Below, piece after piece: positions 30,159 to 43,811 of a stretch of DNA of 64,000 nucleotides. The notes under the pieces were generated by a model that did no database searches, was not told the DNA's origin, and saw only the letters and a list, made by a program, of their open reading frames with translations. Source of the stretch: Octopus vulgaris (Eukaryota); NCBI GenBank assembly GCA_951406725.2, contig OX597819.1, positions 87,420,001-87,484,000 on the forward strand, given 5' to 3'. A program made the translations under genes and the position numbers. The stretch's first letter is position 1. Each line of letters begins with the position of its first letter.

Positions 30159-31691
30159 ATATAAATACAGTGAAATTTCCCAGTTACTAAAGTGTAATAC
30201 AATAACATTGTAGCGATGGGCGTAACCTAAAAATAGGCTAAAAGTAAACACATGCAAAGAGCAGTGTGATCTTGTGTGATCCTATGTGATAAACGATACT
30301 TATGACGGAAGAAAAAATTGTGAGGATATGAGCAGTCATCAGACAGACAGTCAGGAAACTGTACAAAAACAAACAATATGATTCTGTACAATTACTGTGA
30401 TTAAACGGTACAGGTTATTTGAGTATTATAGATGAGATGATTTGATTGAGAGCGAGACATATCTAGAGAGCCTCTGATTCGAGTCAACGTGAGATCCTCT
30501 ATGTTGTCGCACAACCTGCTAGAACTAGCAGTAAAAATATTTCCTAAACCACAACCTATCGTTAAAAAATTCAAGAGGAGACATAGGTTGATGTAGTGTT
30601 GAATAAACAAAAGCCTAGGCAGGACACTGATGGATATCAACGATCAAAGTTCTACTGGTTCATGGACGACATGGGATTATTCAACAACAGGTCAGTAGAC
30701 GAACAGTAAGTTTAAGTAATAATCTGCGGTCACTGAGCGAAAGTATTGACGGACGGTTCAATCATCTCTGCTCATTTCAGACACGTCAGAGAACATCTCT
30801 ATGGTCGTTCGGACTTCTAGAAATAACACTCAAATCTTTGACATCTTAAAAAAAGTGAACATTAGATAATGTATCCCTAGATACATCTGAAGAAGCAAAA
30901 TAAAAGGATGGATGACCAGCGTTGGATCAAAAAGATTAGCACTTGGAGATAGCTCTCAAATATACTTTATCATAAAACCAATTCGGGAGTTATACATTCA
31001 ACAAACTTAACTATGGAACGAAATCATAGATTTAATGAAAAGATTTAACATGACGAAACCGATTCAGTTCCTTTTTATTAGAGCTGAGCTGGGTTTGAAC
31101 AGCAACATTAACAGCGACTCTAACAATTATGATTTTTTAAATTGGTACAAAGCCATCAAATGTTTATTCGGGGGTTGGGAGGGACGCTACAGTCGAATAA
31201 TAATCGATTCCAGTACTTGTCTGGTACATGTGTATTTCATCAATCTCGGAAAGATCGAAAAGTTGACTCCGACAGGATCTGAACTCAGAATTTAAATGGT
31301 TTCAAATTTAGGAACAAGACCATCACTTTTAGGGGAGGGAGTTAATCGATTATATATATATATATATATATATAATTTCCCAGTGTTCAACTGGTACTTA
31401 TCTAATCAACCCCGAACGGATGAAAGGCAAAGTTGATCTAGGCAGAACTGAACTAAGAACTTAAAGAGGGCTGAAGAAAAGCCGCCAAAGCGTTTTTCCG
31501 ATGCATTGACATTTCTACTAGTTCGAATTAAATACCATCGGTAATAATGGATTCGTTGGTATTTCTGTAGACAGTCAAAGCAGAACTATGTGGCTGACAA
31601 AATCCCAATACAGGATGGAAAGTGATTCAGCTAGACATAATTCTTCTGTCCACGAAGATTGTATGTAAAGAAGTTTATCTCTAGTGAACAC

Positions 31692-31840
31692 CAGGGTTGG
31701 CTCAAGGTACCGGCAACTCAGGCAGTCGCCCGGGGCGCCAAGGAGGGCGTGACAAAGACAAGGAAATTTCCACGACCGTCAGCTTGTAGACGCCGAAGTT
31801 CAGCTTGCTCAGGGCGCCAGCAATCCTAGGGCCGGCCCTG
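31692..31840. mobile_element. GC-rich hAT-type MITE
   Basis: Ends CAGGGTTGGC and GCCGGCCCTG; 8-bp flanks GTGAACAC / ATGAACAG. Confidence 0.7.
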
Positions 31841-32196
31841 ATGAACAGGCCGCTGGATCGAACGGCGAAAATTTTGACACCATATTACAAATAATTATAT
31901 TAGTGGAGTTGATGGTCTTCGCGTGTTACTGAATAGCCAACTTGTCTGCCAAGCTGCAATCGCTTTAGTTTCAACACACTATCTCAGATCAAAACACTTG
32001 CGTAATATAGATATATTGTTTCAACAGAATATGGCACTAATACAAATCAATTAACGCATTAAGTGAATACTGCATACTGTTATTTCTACCACTTAACTCC
32101 ACTTATAAACGAAAACTTGGAATGGTCACAATTAGAACTGGAATCAGTTCAGCCAGATAAGGTATGACATGAGGTTACTCAAAAACAGCTCATAAG

Positions 32197-32335
32197 CAGA
32201 GCCGTCTCAACAGCATTATAAGCCCCTACGCTTTTTTTGACAGCAATCCACAGTATACATACATCAGGATTGGGCCCCTAGACCTGCGAGGCTCCCGGAC
32301 AGCAGTCCAGTATGGCTATAACTTAAGACGTACTG
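32197..32335. mobile_element. hAT-type MITE
   Basis: Ends CAGAGCCGTCT and AGACGTACTG; 8-bp flanks CTCATAAG / CTCGCAAG. Confidence 0.55.
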
Positions 32336-33594
32336 CTCGCAAGAACCACAAGTCAGTAGTAATCTGCGGTTTCATCTCTGCACATTCGGACAAATCGAGA
32401 AAAGACTGTATAGTCGTTAGGCCTGCTAGAAATATCAACCAAATCTTTCTACCACAGCGATGAAGGGGATGTTGACAAATACTAAAGCGATGTAAAACAA
32501 AATCAACACCAACCGGATTCGAACTCAAAATTTAAACGTAGAAAAGCGATTATATGTAAAATCGTTTTGCTACAATGCATTCTTCCACGTTGTGCCCTGT
32601 TGTATCACGCTGAAATGATTTTTTGTTTGAAAGAATTCTTCCGTTGCTGAGACAGAGAAAAGACACTCCAAAGTTAGAAATAGATTATACAGAGTGATAC
32701 AGTATATATAAAGATTACAGAGGTAGATAGTGTTTATTTTTCTGCTTGTGGCCACGTGTGTTCGAGTGTGACGCTTAAAAAATTATAGAACGCAATCAAA
32801 GACCTAATCGAAACCTTTAACAAGGTAAACGTTTCCGAAAGTTACACAACGTTCGAGTATTTTACTTTCTAAAACCTTAGCTATGGAAAGAAATAGAAAC
32901 GTAACCGATAGTTTTTAAATAATAGCACGAATATTATTTTGAAGATTACAAATTTATACATCAAAACAGAAACAAGATGCATTTATAAAACTTGGAATCC
33001 TCAGGGATCCCGCTCGCTAATAAAACAGCATCTAAGGATATTATTAAATGCATATCAATGTAAAATTATTATTATCATTATTTTAATCCGATGATGTGGG
33101 ACTTTGGACAGCTGTAAACAAATGTAAATAATTATTTCGTTAAAGGAAAAAAATATTTACCATATACAAATGCATTTCTTTCAAGTAAACACTTTTCTGC
33201 TGATCAACTGGTTAGAAATCTTGTTTTCAAGCAAGACACAACCACTTAAGGAGAAGAAAAAATAACATTCCAGCAAATAAATAAATTCACCAGTATAATT
33301 GTTGTTGTGATTGGTGAAGTAGTTAAGTTGTTGTTGTTGTAATCGAGGAAGTAATGAGTTTGGAGTTGTTTTTGTTATTTTGCGATATAGTGAAAAGGAG
33401 GAGTGAGGTTGTTTTTGTACTTCAAGAACTTAGGAGTGGGTTGTTGTAATTAATAGAAGTGCTTGTAGTAGTGATAATCGTGGTGTCAACATCATAGTAG
33501 TAGTAGTAGTAGTTGTTGTTGTTGTTACTAGTGATGATATAAGGACATGTTGCTGTTACGATGTGGTTTAATCCTTGACGTTCCTCGTGTGATT

Positions 33595-35225
33595 ATTATT
33601 ATTTAGACCCGAATCAATCCTGACCGCAAAAGAACTGTGATCAAAAGGCATTCCAACCGCAACCAAACCCGTCTTTTCTCAAATACAACCCAAACACAGA
33701 ATTATCTAAATTCTTTTCCTTTAATATCACAGGGTGCAATTCAGCTGCCGTTTTTTTTCACAGGTCGGCCAACCACGCAGAGGCCCCCACGTTGATATGA
33801 TGTTGCTAATGATAGTGGCGATATTGTTTAAGTTTGAACCCAAGTCGACACTCGTTGAACAAAGATCAATTATCAAAGGCAGTCCGGATGTGACCATCAC
33901 GTCTTTTTCAGCTCAACTAGACTCGGATTATTTTAATGTCAGGGGCATGGTTTGATGGAGTTTTTAGCTGGTGTTTTTAGCAGTACCAGTAACCACATTC
34001 GCTTGGCTTGCTGTTTGATGATGACAACACTAGTTTTGATTATAGTGATGGAGGCGGTGGAGAGATCGTCCTTTATGGTAGTGGTAGAGACGAAGGCGGG
34101 GTTTAAAGTTGTTTATGTCGACGGCGGCGGGACGGGATAGTTTGCGATGATAGTGATGATAGCTTGTAATGGTGATACTGATACAGTTAGTGGTGGTGGT
34201 GGTGGTGGTGGTGGTGGTGGTGGTGGTGGTGGCGGCGGTGATACAGTTCGTGATGGTTGTGGATAAATAGTTGTTTGTAGTGGCGGCAGCGGAGATGTAA
34301 ATAGTGGTGGTAATATAGTTGCTTATGTTGGTAATGATTGTAGTAGAAATATCGTTGATAGTAGGGAGGATAATGTCTGCAGTGGTGATGACGATAGAAG
34401 GCGACGAGCTGGCAGAAACGTTAGCACGCCGGACAAAAAGCTTAGCAGTATTTCGTCTGCCGCTGCGTCCTGAGTTCAAATTCCGCCGAGGTCGACTTGG
34501 CCTTTCATCCTTCGGGGTCGATAGATTAAGTACCAGTTACGCACTGGGGTCGATGTAATCGACTTAATCCTTTTGTCTGTCCTTGTTTGTCCCCTCTGTG
34601 TTTAGCTCCTTGTGGGTAGTAAAGAAATAAGTAGTGATGGCTATAGTGGCTACGATATGGTTGTTATCGTAGTGGTGATAGTGGTCAGGATATAGGTGGT
34701 GGTGATAGCGGATTGTCTGTAGTTTGGGTGGCGGTCATACAGTCGTTAGTGATAAGTATTGTTTTTTATTGAACACACTGGATCCGATGTTGGTGGTTGT
34801 CGTCGTATACTTGGTTTCGGTGACGGGGATATATAGTTTATCTCTCGGTCAACTCTAATCGAATAGCTCTATGATCATATGTATTCCAGCCGTGACCATA
34901 CTATATTTGGGCTGGACGAGGATCTCCGACTGCGTTATCTAATGTATGTCTATCCCAATATTTTTAAAACATCGATTTGAGAGAGATTTCACAGCTATTT
35001 TTAGCAGTTTAAACGATCACGTTAATGTGATTTGGAGGAGGTTACATTATTTAGCCCCATAGCTTTCCTAATCAAAAGTATTCCGACCCAGATAACCCCG
35101 TCTTGTTTTACATCAGATACAACATTAACAAAGGTCTCCATTTTTTAAAGTCTGTGGTGTAATTTGAAGGGCATTAGGCTGTAATTTCTAGCAGCTTGAG
35201 CAACCTTTTACAAGCTCCCACGTTG
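33595..35225. repeat. Cluster of about four diverged copies of dispersed repeat family F among GTN-triplet low-complexity tracts
   Basis: Recurring TTTAG.CCC....TCA..CCTGA....GATCAAAGGCATTCCAG.CGTGACCATC...GCTATTTCTAGCAG layout, also at ~15518, 24985, 27390, 30480, 39020, 43085 and 47540; (GGT)n at 34188-34240. Confidence 0.55.
34399..34630 (+). mobile_element. SINE family B
   Basis: GGCGACGAGCTGGCAGAA...GAGTTCAAATTCCGCCGAGGTCGAC...GGGGTCGATAGATTAAGTACCAG...CCTTGTGGGTAGTAAAGAAATA; the core resembles Deu/Nin-type SINE domains (from recall). Confidence 0.9.
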
Positions 35226-35872
35226 TCGATGTATAAGACAGAGTGTGACGGGGATGTTGTGTTTATGACGGTAGTCGGCAGGTATTCGCTACTGGTGTTA
35301 TTTTCTTTTAAATTGTTTCAGCTAGTAAATTTGTAGTATGTTTATATGTTCCAGCTAGCGCAATGCTATACAAGCTACAACTTCTACTTTTTGTAAAACC
35401 CGCCAATAAGTGTTTTTATTTTATTTTCCCTTTTTTTTTAAGGCTTTCAGTCTTTATGTTACTTCAGTGGTTACGTGCAAACTGCACGGGGCAGAGCGTG
35501 GTGGGGAACATATATTAAAGCATTGAACGTATGCTGTTATGTTTAAGCACGAAGACGGCTACTTTACGAAAGTAGAGACAAACATGTTGAAAGTATGTAA
35601 TGTTTTAAGAGAGGTGGACCAAGGATGGTCAAAACCAATTTTCCGCCGTTGTTATAGCTTAAATCCTCACCATGCTTCCGAGAGAAATTTTGCAAAGTTC
35701 AACAAGCATGAGGAGGATGTGGTCTCAAAGTTCAAGATGTTTTATTATTTTTATTCTTTAGGGCGGGACAAGCAAATAATCATGAAGTCCCACCTGATCA
35801 ATGTATATGTTGTATCTCACTTTTATAAGGTTCAGCCATCAAGTCGAAATCTGGAATTGGTTTTTGTGACTA

Positions 35873-36092
35873 CGGCGGCGAGCTGGCAGACACGTTAGCA
35901 TGCCGGGCGGAATGCTTAGCGGTATTTCGTCTGTCGTTACGTTCTGAGTTCAAATTCCGCCGAGGTCGACTTTGCCTTTCATCCTTTCGGGGTCGATAAA
36001 TTAAGTACCAGTTTCTCACTGGGTCGATGTAATCGACTTAATCCCTTTGTCTGTCCTCTCTATATTTAGCCCCTTGTGGGCAAATAAAGAAA
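35873..36092 (+). mobile_element. SINE family B
   Basis: Near-identical to 34399-34630. Confidence 0.9.
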
Positions 36093-38559
36093 TATATATC
36101 CTTATTCAGGAATACACCTCTTAATGAAGTAATATTTATCCCCACCAAAAACATGGATGTTCTCTTAGAATAAACAATATTATGGTACCAAATCCACTCC
36201 GGCTCGAGGCTGTAATAGACGACAGTTGCCAAGGTGCTACGCTGTGAACTGAACCCGGAACCATATGATTGGGAAGAAAGCTTCTTACCACACAGCTACG
36301 CCTGCGACAATTGATACTGTCAATAATTACATTAGGCTTTTTTAAACTACTTTGAATTTAATTATGCATCATTTAAAACAGTAAAAAGAGGTTCCTTTTT
36401 TTTTTTAATTCATATATAATTTGAATGCAAAGTGATTACATAACGTATAGTGTGTGAATACACATGGTTAATAAACATAGAAGTCAATGGGAAGTTCGTT
36501 ACAGGATTCTGCGTTGCTGGATTCTGGGCGGGTTGCGGCGAGAATTTCAGGAACTGAACACTTTCGCAACTTAGTTTGCGTGTGCTTGTGTGTGGACACT
36601 GACTTTGAAGTTTCGCCAGGTATGACTTTCAAACTGAAATGAAGAATCATTCAACAAGTCTTAAATATAATTCTCTTTTATGAAGGAAATGAAACCCAGA
36701 GTCATGTGACTGTAAAGTGAAAATGTGTGTGCGATTGATAAAATAAATAATTGTTTCAAATTTTGGCATAAGGCTAGCAATTTTAGGAGAGAAAGTAAGT
36801 TGATTACATTGACCCCTCCTCCGAGCTCAACTTGTACTTATTTTATCGCCCCCAAAAGGATAAAAGACGTAGTCAACCGCGATAGAATTTGAATTCAGAA
36901 CGTAGGGAACTAGAAGAAATGCTGAATATTTTGTCCAACATACTACTAATACTACAAAATACTATTGCAAAATTACAACTGCATAAACATGGAAATTTAT
37001 AGGCAAAACGAAACAGTGCAAACAGACGTACGATTCCTTCATCTGTTGTCAATCAGAAATCATTACAATTTCAACACTTAAGACAATATTGTTCGTTTAA
37101 ATATTGCTGATACAACGATACAGACGAGTGTGCACGGAAAGTGAACAAAGGCAGGGTTGCTAACAAAAAGAAAAAAATACATGAAATTAACAGAGAAAAG
37201 GCTTACAACCAAAAATGATACTAATAAGTTGTGAGAAGAACAGGGAAATATAGATATGTGGTCTTACGGCTTAAAGAAACCAAATAAACAAGGAGATAAC
37301 ATACTTCGGACTAAGTGATGAATGAAGTGAAACATGGAGAAATTAGAATGCCTTACGGTATTTTAACAACAAACCGAGAGGTGAAAAAGACATCAAGTTG
37401 CTTGCGAAACGCGAAGCAAAGAAGTTAAAACGGAAGTAGAAGAAAGAATGTAGAATTACTTTGTGGACAGGGAGAGAGGTTGGCAATAGTAGCAGGTGAG
37501 TGAAAATAGAGAGATTGTGACAGAAAAGGGTAGGGAAAACCTAAGTCCTGGACAAGCTGATAGAACTTAGAGAATTAGGGAAAAGTGAGAGAGAAAAAAG
37601 ATGATAGAAACAAACCGGTGACAGCGTGACTGAAAATGGTGACGGTTATGGACAGCGACAGGATATAAGACAGAGAGATACAAGCAGATGAACAGACAGT
37701 GGCAAATAAGACGATAGATTCCTGGTCGCAGGCTGGAAAAAGAGCAGCTGCGTTGCATTACAAATGATATTGATAAGTGTAGGACAAATAGATAAGGAAA
37801 TTTACAAGTAAAAAGAAATAATACAAACTGAAGTGCACAAGTGATCCCTTCATCAGTTGTCAATTGGAAGCCATAACAATTTTGGTACTAAAAACAATAT
37901 TGTTCGTTCTAGCGGTCCCCACAACTTAATTGCAAGGTTTCAAATGAGCGTGCGCGAGAAACGCACAAAAATAGGGTAAATAGTATATAGGGGTGGTAAC
38001 AAATAAAATACAACACCAGCCGAAAAGACCATGCAAAAGATCTTACGACCACAGAACGTTAATAATAGTAATAATAAAACAAGTTCTAAGAAGTTCATGG
38101 AAAATACAAGACGTGCAACTCGAATGACTTGTGCGAACCATTAGAATGAACAATATTTCTTAGGGGCCGAAATTCTGATGATTCCTGATGAAAGGATCAG
38201 ACTTTTGCAAGTCTATTCGAGCTGGGTTTTGACTTTTCGTGTAAATTTCTTCATTATCCATTTATGCTACCTTCCCTACATGTGTGTGTGTATCCAGTGA
38301 AAGGACACTTGACTAACATAAATCACTCAGTTATGTTCCAGCCTCTACCCCACAGAAGTACTGCCTCGTCTCTTCTGCTTTTCTACCACTAATATAATGA
38401 CCTCTGTTCCTCAGAGCAGACTGATAACGTACCAACTCAAGCACTCCATACTCACTCGTCTTGCCTCCTTTCACTACCTGTGTTTTGTCTGCAGGCCCTG
38501 CCCGAACCCCTATATCTAGTCCTGGCGCATTGCATGTCAAAAATACGATAGCTTTGTGG

Positions 38560-38790
38560 AGTGTTTCTTGGCAATAGGTGTCCTTGAAATTTCAGCTTTA
38601 CTCGCAGTGCATCATTTGTTACCGTCTTCCCAGCCTACCCTGCTCAATCTGCAAAAGACCCACATCTCAAAGGCGTCAATCTTTCTTTCTGTAGTTGTGT
38701 ACATTGTTCAAGAACCTGTCTCATAAAGAACAACTGGCATAATTTCAGATGTCTTTTGAGGTGAAGGTCTTTTTCAGGAAAATCGCTGTG
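38560..38790 (-). pseudogene. RTE-clade LINE C-terminal fragment
   Basis: The minus frame reads EIMPVVLYETGS*TMYTTTERKIDAFEMWVFCRLSRVGWED, matching the RTE motif LYGxESWT...IDAFEMWxxRRxLRxxW. Confidence 0.7.
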
Positions 38791-38832
38791 AAGTTGGTCA
38801 ACGGATAAATAGAGCTAAAACAACATTTATAA

Positions 38833-38913
<81 letters not shown>

Positions 38914-39299
38914 AAGGTGGGAGCAACAGAAATGTTGATCTTTACAGTTTATAGAGAAAATAAGATCAAGGATGGGAGCGGAAAGTATAAACAAAATATG
39001 AAAATATGCAGATTGTTGTTGTTGATACATAGAACCGGGTCAGCTAAAAGGCCTTCCAGCTATGATTATACCGTCTTTCCGGTGCTTTTTTTTCTCTCCC
39101 AAACAGTTATTTTTAGAATGACATTCGTCGTTCTTTTTAGACCATACGATATGATTTGAAAGAGGTTTGACTATTATTTCTAAAGGGCTGTGCGACCACG
39201 CAGAGGGTCCCTTCTTGGTTCGAGGAGAAGGTTATTAATCTCCTTTTGAAATTATGAAAATAAAGTGATAAGCGTAAATAGGAGTGGTTATTGGGATAT

Positions 39300-39345
<46 letters not shown>

Positions 39346-39596
39346 GTAAGATCCGGGAATCGAGGAGTAGGGAGAAAGTTAGCTTTAAGCAATCCGTAGT
39401 AAATATAAAAAACACTTCCAGAGACAATACTGGTTTATTGAGATGGAAGGCTGTGGATTTTTTTCGCATCGTAGCTGAAAAAAGTTATTTTTTTATCAGG
39501 GTTGCCGGATATACGAATAAGAATACAAGAGTTACGGAGTGGAGTAGGTAAGATCCGGGTTACATATGTTTCATAGCGAGCAGAACCTCAGAAGTG

Positions 39597-39631
<35 letters not shown>

Positions 39632-39632
<1 letters not shown>

Positions 39633-39874
39633 GAGCACTCCGTCGGTTACGACGACGAAGGTCCCAGCTGATACGATCAACGGAAATTAACGTGCAAGGG
39701 AGATTCAGCGTGACAAGGCCGGCTCTTTGAAATACAAGTACAACTCATTTTTGCCAGCTGAGTGGACTGGAGCAATGTGAAATAAAGTGTCTTGCTCAAC
39801 GACAACTTGTCACCGGGAATCGAACTCACGACCTTACAACCGTGAGCCCTAACCACTAAGACACGCGCCTTCAC
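39632..39874 (-). mobile_element. SINE family E (tRNA head plus CORE-like domain)
   Basis: The minus strand reads GTGAAGGCGCGTG.CTTAGTGG...GAGTTCGATTCCC...TTGAGCAAGACACTTTATTTCACATTGCTCCAGTCCACTCAGCTG; related copies at ~57750-57958 and 63195-63500. Confidence 0.75.
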
Positions 39875-39879
39875 ATTAT

Positions 39880-39919
<40 letters not shown>

Positions 39920-39920
39920 C

Positions 39921-41235
39921 CTTTCTAGTGCAAAATCATCTAAATTGAAACCAGCATGGCCTTTCATGGGGGATTGTCTAACATAGCTCCTCCACCACTT
40001 TGATGACATCTTAAATGCACTGACGGCTCCAACGCCGATCTCATATACCTTGATTTCAACAAGGCCTTTGACAGAGTCAACCACAATATACTGTTAAGGA
40101 AACTATCTAACGCTGGAGTCGGTGGAAAGCTACTTCAATAGATTAAGTATTTCCTAAGAAACAGGACCCAGTATGTTGTGGTTGATGACATCCACTTAAG
40201 ACCAGCAATATTCATCAGCGGAGTCCCGCAATATACTGTGCTGGGTCCACTTCTTTTCATTGTCTATATAAATGACATTGCGGATTCCACTGAACCAAGC
40301 ACCATTCAAATATTTGTAGATGACTCTAAGCTTCAGAAAGTCATTAAGGGAGCATATGATCGGACCTATGCGCAGTAATCCAGTGGGCACAAAAAACGAT
40401 ATGCAGCTGAACGAAGAAAAGTTTGAGAAAAGAGGGCACACTCAAACAACCATATACACTACAGTCGGGCGACCTACTTGAACCGTCGGATAATATCAGA
40501 GACTTGGGTGTAACTGTCGACAGCAACCTTAGCTGAAGTGTGCACATCAATAAAAAAAAAAGTCGATGTTGCCCGCAGAATGTGCTCATGGATCCTCAGA
40601 ACCTTTCAATCTAGGGATCACGAAACCATCATCCTTCTCTTCTCCACTTTCGCTAGGCCCCACCTCGAATACTGCTACCCATTATGGTCCCCCTACGAAA
40701 AACAAGACATTATGAGGATCAAAGCGGCACAAAAATAAATGGCATGACAGGACTTGGTTATTGGGCTCGATTTAAACAGCTGAAACTATTTTCTTTAACG
40801 CTGCCGTGAGTGATACATTCTTTGCACTATGTGGAAAATATTCCACCAATATTATTCAAATGATATCGGTATTATGCTTACAATTCACCTAAGATTAGGC
40901 CCCCGTGCAATGCGTCCCCTACAAGGGTCGAGATCACATCACATAAGAACATTGCGGCATAATTTCTTCACTGCAAATGGTCCAGCTGTTTTCAATGTTA
41001 TCCCGAAAGAAATTATAGTAGAAAAAAACCCCTCAACTTTCAAACTGTACCTGGACAAATTCCTCCAGGAAATACCGGATAAACCACCTACACCTGGATA
41101 CGTCTCTGCCAACAACAGCTCTGCTTGAGTGGTCCATGATGTCCCGAAATAATTAATTAAAAGACTTTTCCAGGTGGTGCTATTGAGTTAGTGATAGCCC
41201 AAACTAATAATTGTCGAAACCAATCTAAGTTATCT
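39921..41235 (+). pseudogene. 5'-truncated CR1/L2-group LINE, ORF2 RT domain to 3' end, with stops and frameshifts
   Basis: NQHG..CLT*LLHHFDDIL, DFNKAFDRVNH, SGVPQYTVLGPLLFIVYIND, FVDDSKL, RDLGVTVDSNL, RPHLEYCYPLWSP, FKLYLDKFL. Confidence 0.9.
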
Positions 41236-41247
41236 ATGTGGTATATA

Positions 41248-41474
41248 TGAGGTGGGGGGTGAAAAGTTCCTGGCTTTGGGTAAAAGAAAATACAGGAGGA
41301 TCAGTTAATTATGATTTTATTGATTTTACTCAACATATTCCCCTCTCAGTTTCACACACTTATTGCAACCGTCCTTGAGTTTTTCTAAGCTTTGTAAAAG
41401 AGCTCGGAAGGTTAAGCCTCCAGCCAGGCCTTTCACGAAACCCTTAAAGCTAGGAACTTTTCAGCACCCCTTCG
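41248..41474 (+). mobile_element. Tc1/mariner-type MITE
   Basis: TIRs GGGGT.GAAAAGTTCCTGGCTTT and AAAGCTAGGAACTTTTCAGCACCCC; preceded by TA; three copies in the window. Confidence 0.8.
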
Positions 41475-42110
41475 CGTTGTATGTGTGTATTTGTAATACA
41501 TCCATATCTACTCACCCACAAAAAACAGGCGGTAAATTAAGACAAGTTTACGTAAGAACGGGAAAACATGATTGTAAAACAGAGATGGGCGAGAGACAAA
41601 AAGAGGAAATGTGAGGGAGAAAAACAAACGAACGAAAGACTTAGAGACACTGAACATTAGAAAAGCTAAGAGAGCAATAAACCCAAGGAGAGAGAAAATT
41701 AGTGATAAAGAGAGAGAGAGAGAGAGATAGGGAGAAGAGGGGGGGCAAGGAAAGAAAGAGAAATGATGGGTCAACAAAGGCTAGTTTGAATGAGTATGGT
41801 AGGTATTTGAGGAGTTGGTGAGTGGAATAGAATATGAAGGTTGGTCATTCGTTGTACTTAAGATTTAGACGACACTCCCTGGTAGTGGTTTAAAATCAGT
41901 AGGTAAACAGAAATACTCACAAGTGAAAGAAGGCAGTCATAGGAAAATATTTCTAAGCACCTTCCTTAATTTGGAACATTGTCGCTTACATGTATATATA
42001 CGCATATTTCACACACATACAAAAGCTTGAATGCATGCATACATATGTGTGTAAACACACTCATTGCTACCTTGCTGATGTCTAAATTCTTGTAAGTGGT
42101 GGGTTAGAAA

Positions 42111-42449
42111 CACTAGCGTAGCGGGGGGTTGGGGGGGACACCCCCCCCCCGGCGGCACTTCAAAAGGGGGCATCACTTTTGGGTCTGCTGTAAGCAATAT
42201 GTGCACCGGGCGAAATGCTTAGCAGTATTTCGTCTGCGGTTACGTTCTGAGTTCAAATTCCGCCGAGGTCGACTTTGCCTTTCATCCTTTCGGGGTCGAT
42301 TAAATAAGTACCAGTTACGCAATGGGGTCGATATAATCGACTTAATCCGTTTGTCCCCTCTGTGTTTAGCCCCTTGTGGGTTTCCGTGGGGTCCGAGGGC
42401 GGCAACGGAAGGGCCGCCCCGTGCGGCACACACACTAGCTACGCTAGTG
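42111..42449. mobile_element. hAT-type MITE with a nested SINE B (~42203-42381)
   Basis: Perfect 12-bp TIRs CACTAGCGTAGC / GCTACGCTAGTG; flanks GTTAGAAA / GTTAGGTG. Confidence 0.75.
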
Positions 42450-43811
42450 GTTAGGTGACTTACTCTTTCTTGGTAAGGAAAGAAGAATAAACACACACAC
42501 ACACTTCAAGGACATGCATCACAATTATTGCACACATTATTTGAGAATAAAATTGTTATTACGGAGATTTCCTTTTACTTTGTTTTTTGTTTTTGTAATT
42601 TTTTTCTGAGAGGAGACAACTAAATATTATAAACACCTATACATATACATTGCACACATTTATATTTCACACACATTTTGTATGTACATGTCACACAAAT
42701 ACACACGAAATAAGTGACTCATTCCTGGATTCAAACACACTGCCCTAACCTACGTATTCACCTTACGTGTGTTCACATACATACATATACGTTCATACCT
42801 ACCTAACCACATATACATAAACATATACATACACGTATACAATAGATATAACACATTCCTGTCTCTACATATATACAAACGCACACCTACGCTCAACCGT
42901 ATGGTTTGAGTGTCCACCACTCCAAACAAAATAATGAATATATCTGGAATTATAGAACAACTTCCAACAACAAACTAAGGAGAACAGAGGAGTGGGAGGT
43001 GTTAAAAGGATTTCTTTGGATTGAATCATTGATTCACGGCGGCAAAGAGGAAATGAAATTGCAGTGCTTATGTATTTCTTAATGAGTTGTTGGTTTAGCC
43101 CAGGTCAGCTCTGTTCAAGCATTCCTATGATCAGAAGTAGTAAAGCTATGATTACTAGATCTTTGTAGAGGTATCTAAGACTGCATTATCAAATATTTTT
43201 CTCTTTTTTACCAGTTGATGGGGATTTGGTTGCTACTTCTAGTAGGTCAAAACACCATGTACTGGCTCTCTTGTTGGCTGGTCTCTGAAGTGGTAAATGG
43301 GTTTGCATCATGATTTGACAGGATCTGGTTAGCTGCAGGGCTGCATCAAGCTCCAACATCACCTTTGGGTACAGTTTTTATGGCTTAGTGCCCTTCCTAA
43401 CACCAAGAACTTCACAGTGTGTATTGGATGCTTTTTTTTTGTTGTGTCACCAGCACTAGTGAAGTTGCTGTTTTTCAATCAACTGAACCACAAAGCTCAT
43501 TAAATTGGCATGTAAGTAGTCAAAGTCCACAGACTCATACACCATTAACATATACCTCAAGTTAGAATCAGTGTGATTAAGCTAGACGTTTAAATTAAAA
43601 CTACAGTCCATCTGATGGGCTTCTGCACAGTTTTGGACTACTCAGTTTTACTGTATTTACCTGAGGCTATTGGCAAAAAGACTCAAAAGACACAAGTATG
43701 CCTAAGATGCTACACAGTAAGATTGAACCAGGGAACACATAACTGTGGAGCAAATTTCCTAACCTTTTAGTAACAAGACTTTCACACACACACTAATCCT
43801 AAAACCATATA

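Noticed and set aside
34030-34479. Thr-rich 149-aa ORF
   Set aside because: It is a translation of (GGT)n low-complexity DNA plus a SINE B head.
35539-35898. 119-aa ORF
   Set aside because: No recognisable domain or convincing splice sites; it ends inside a SINE B.
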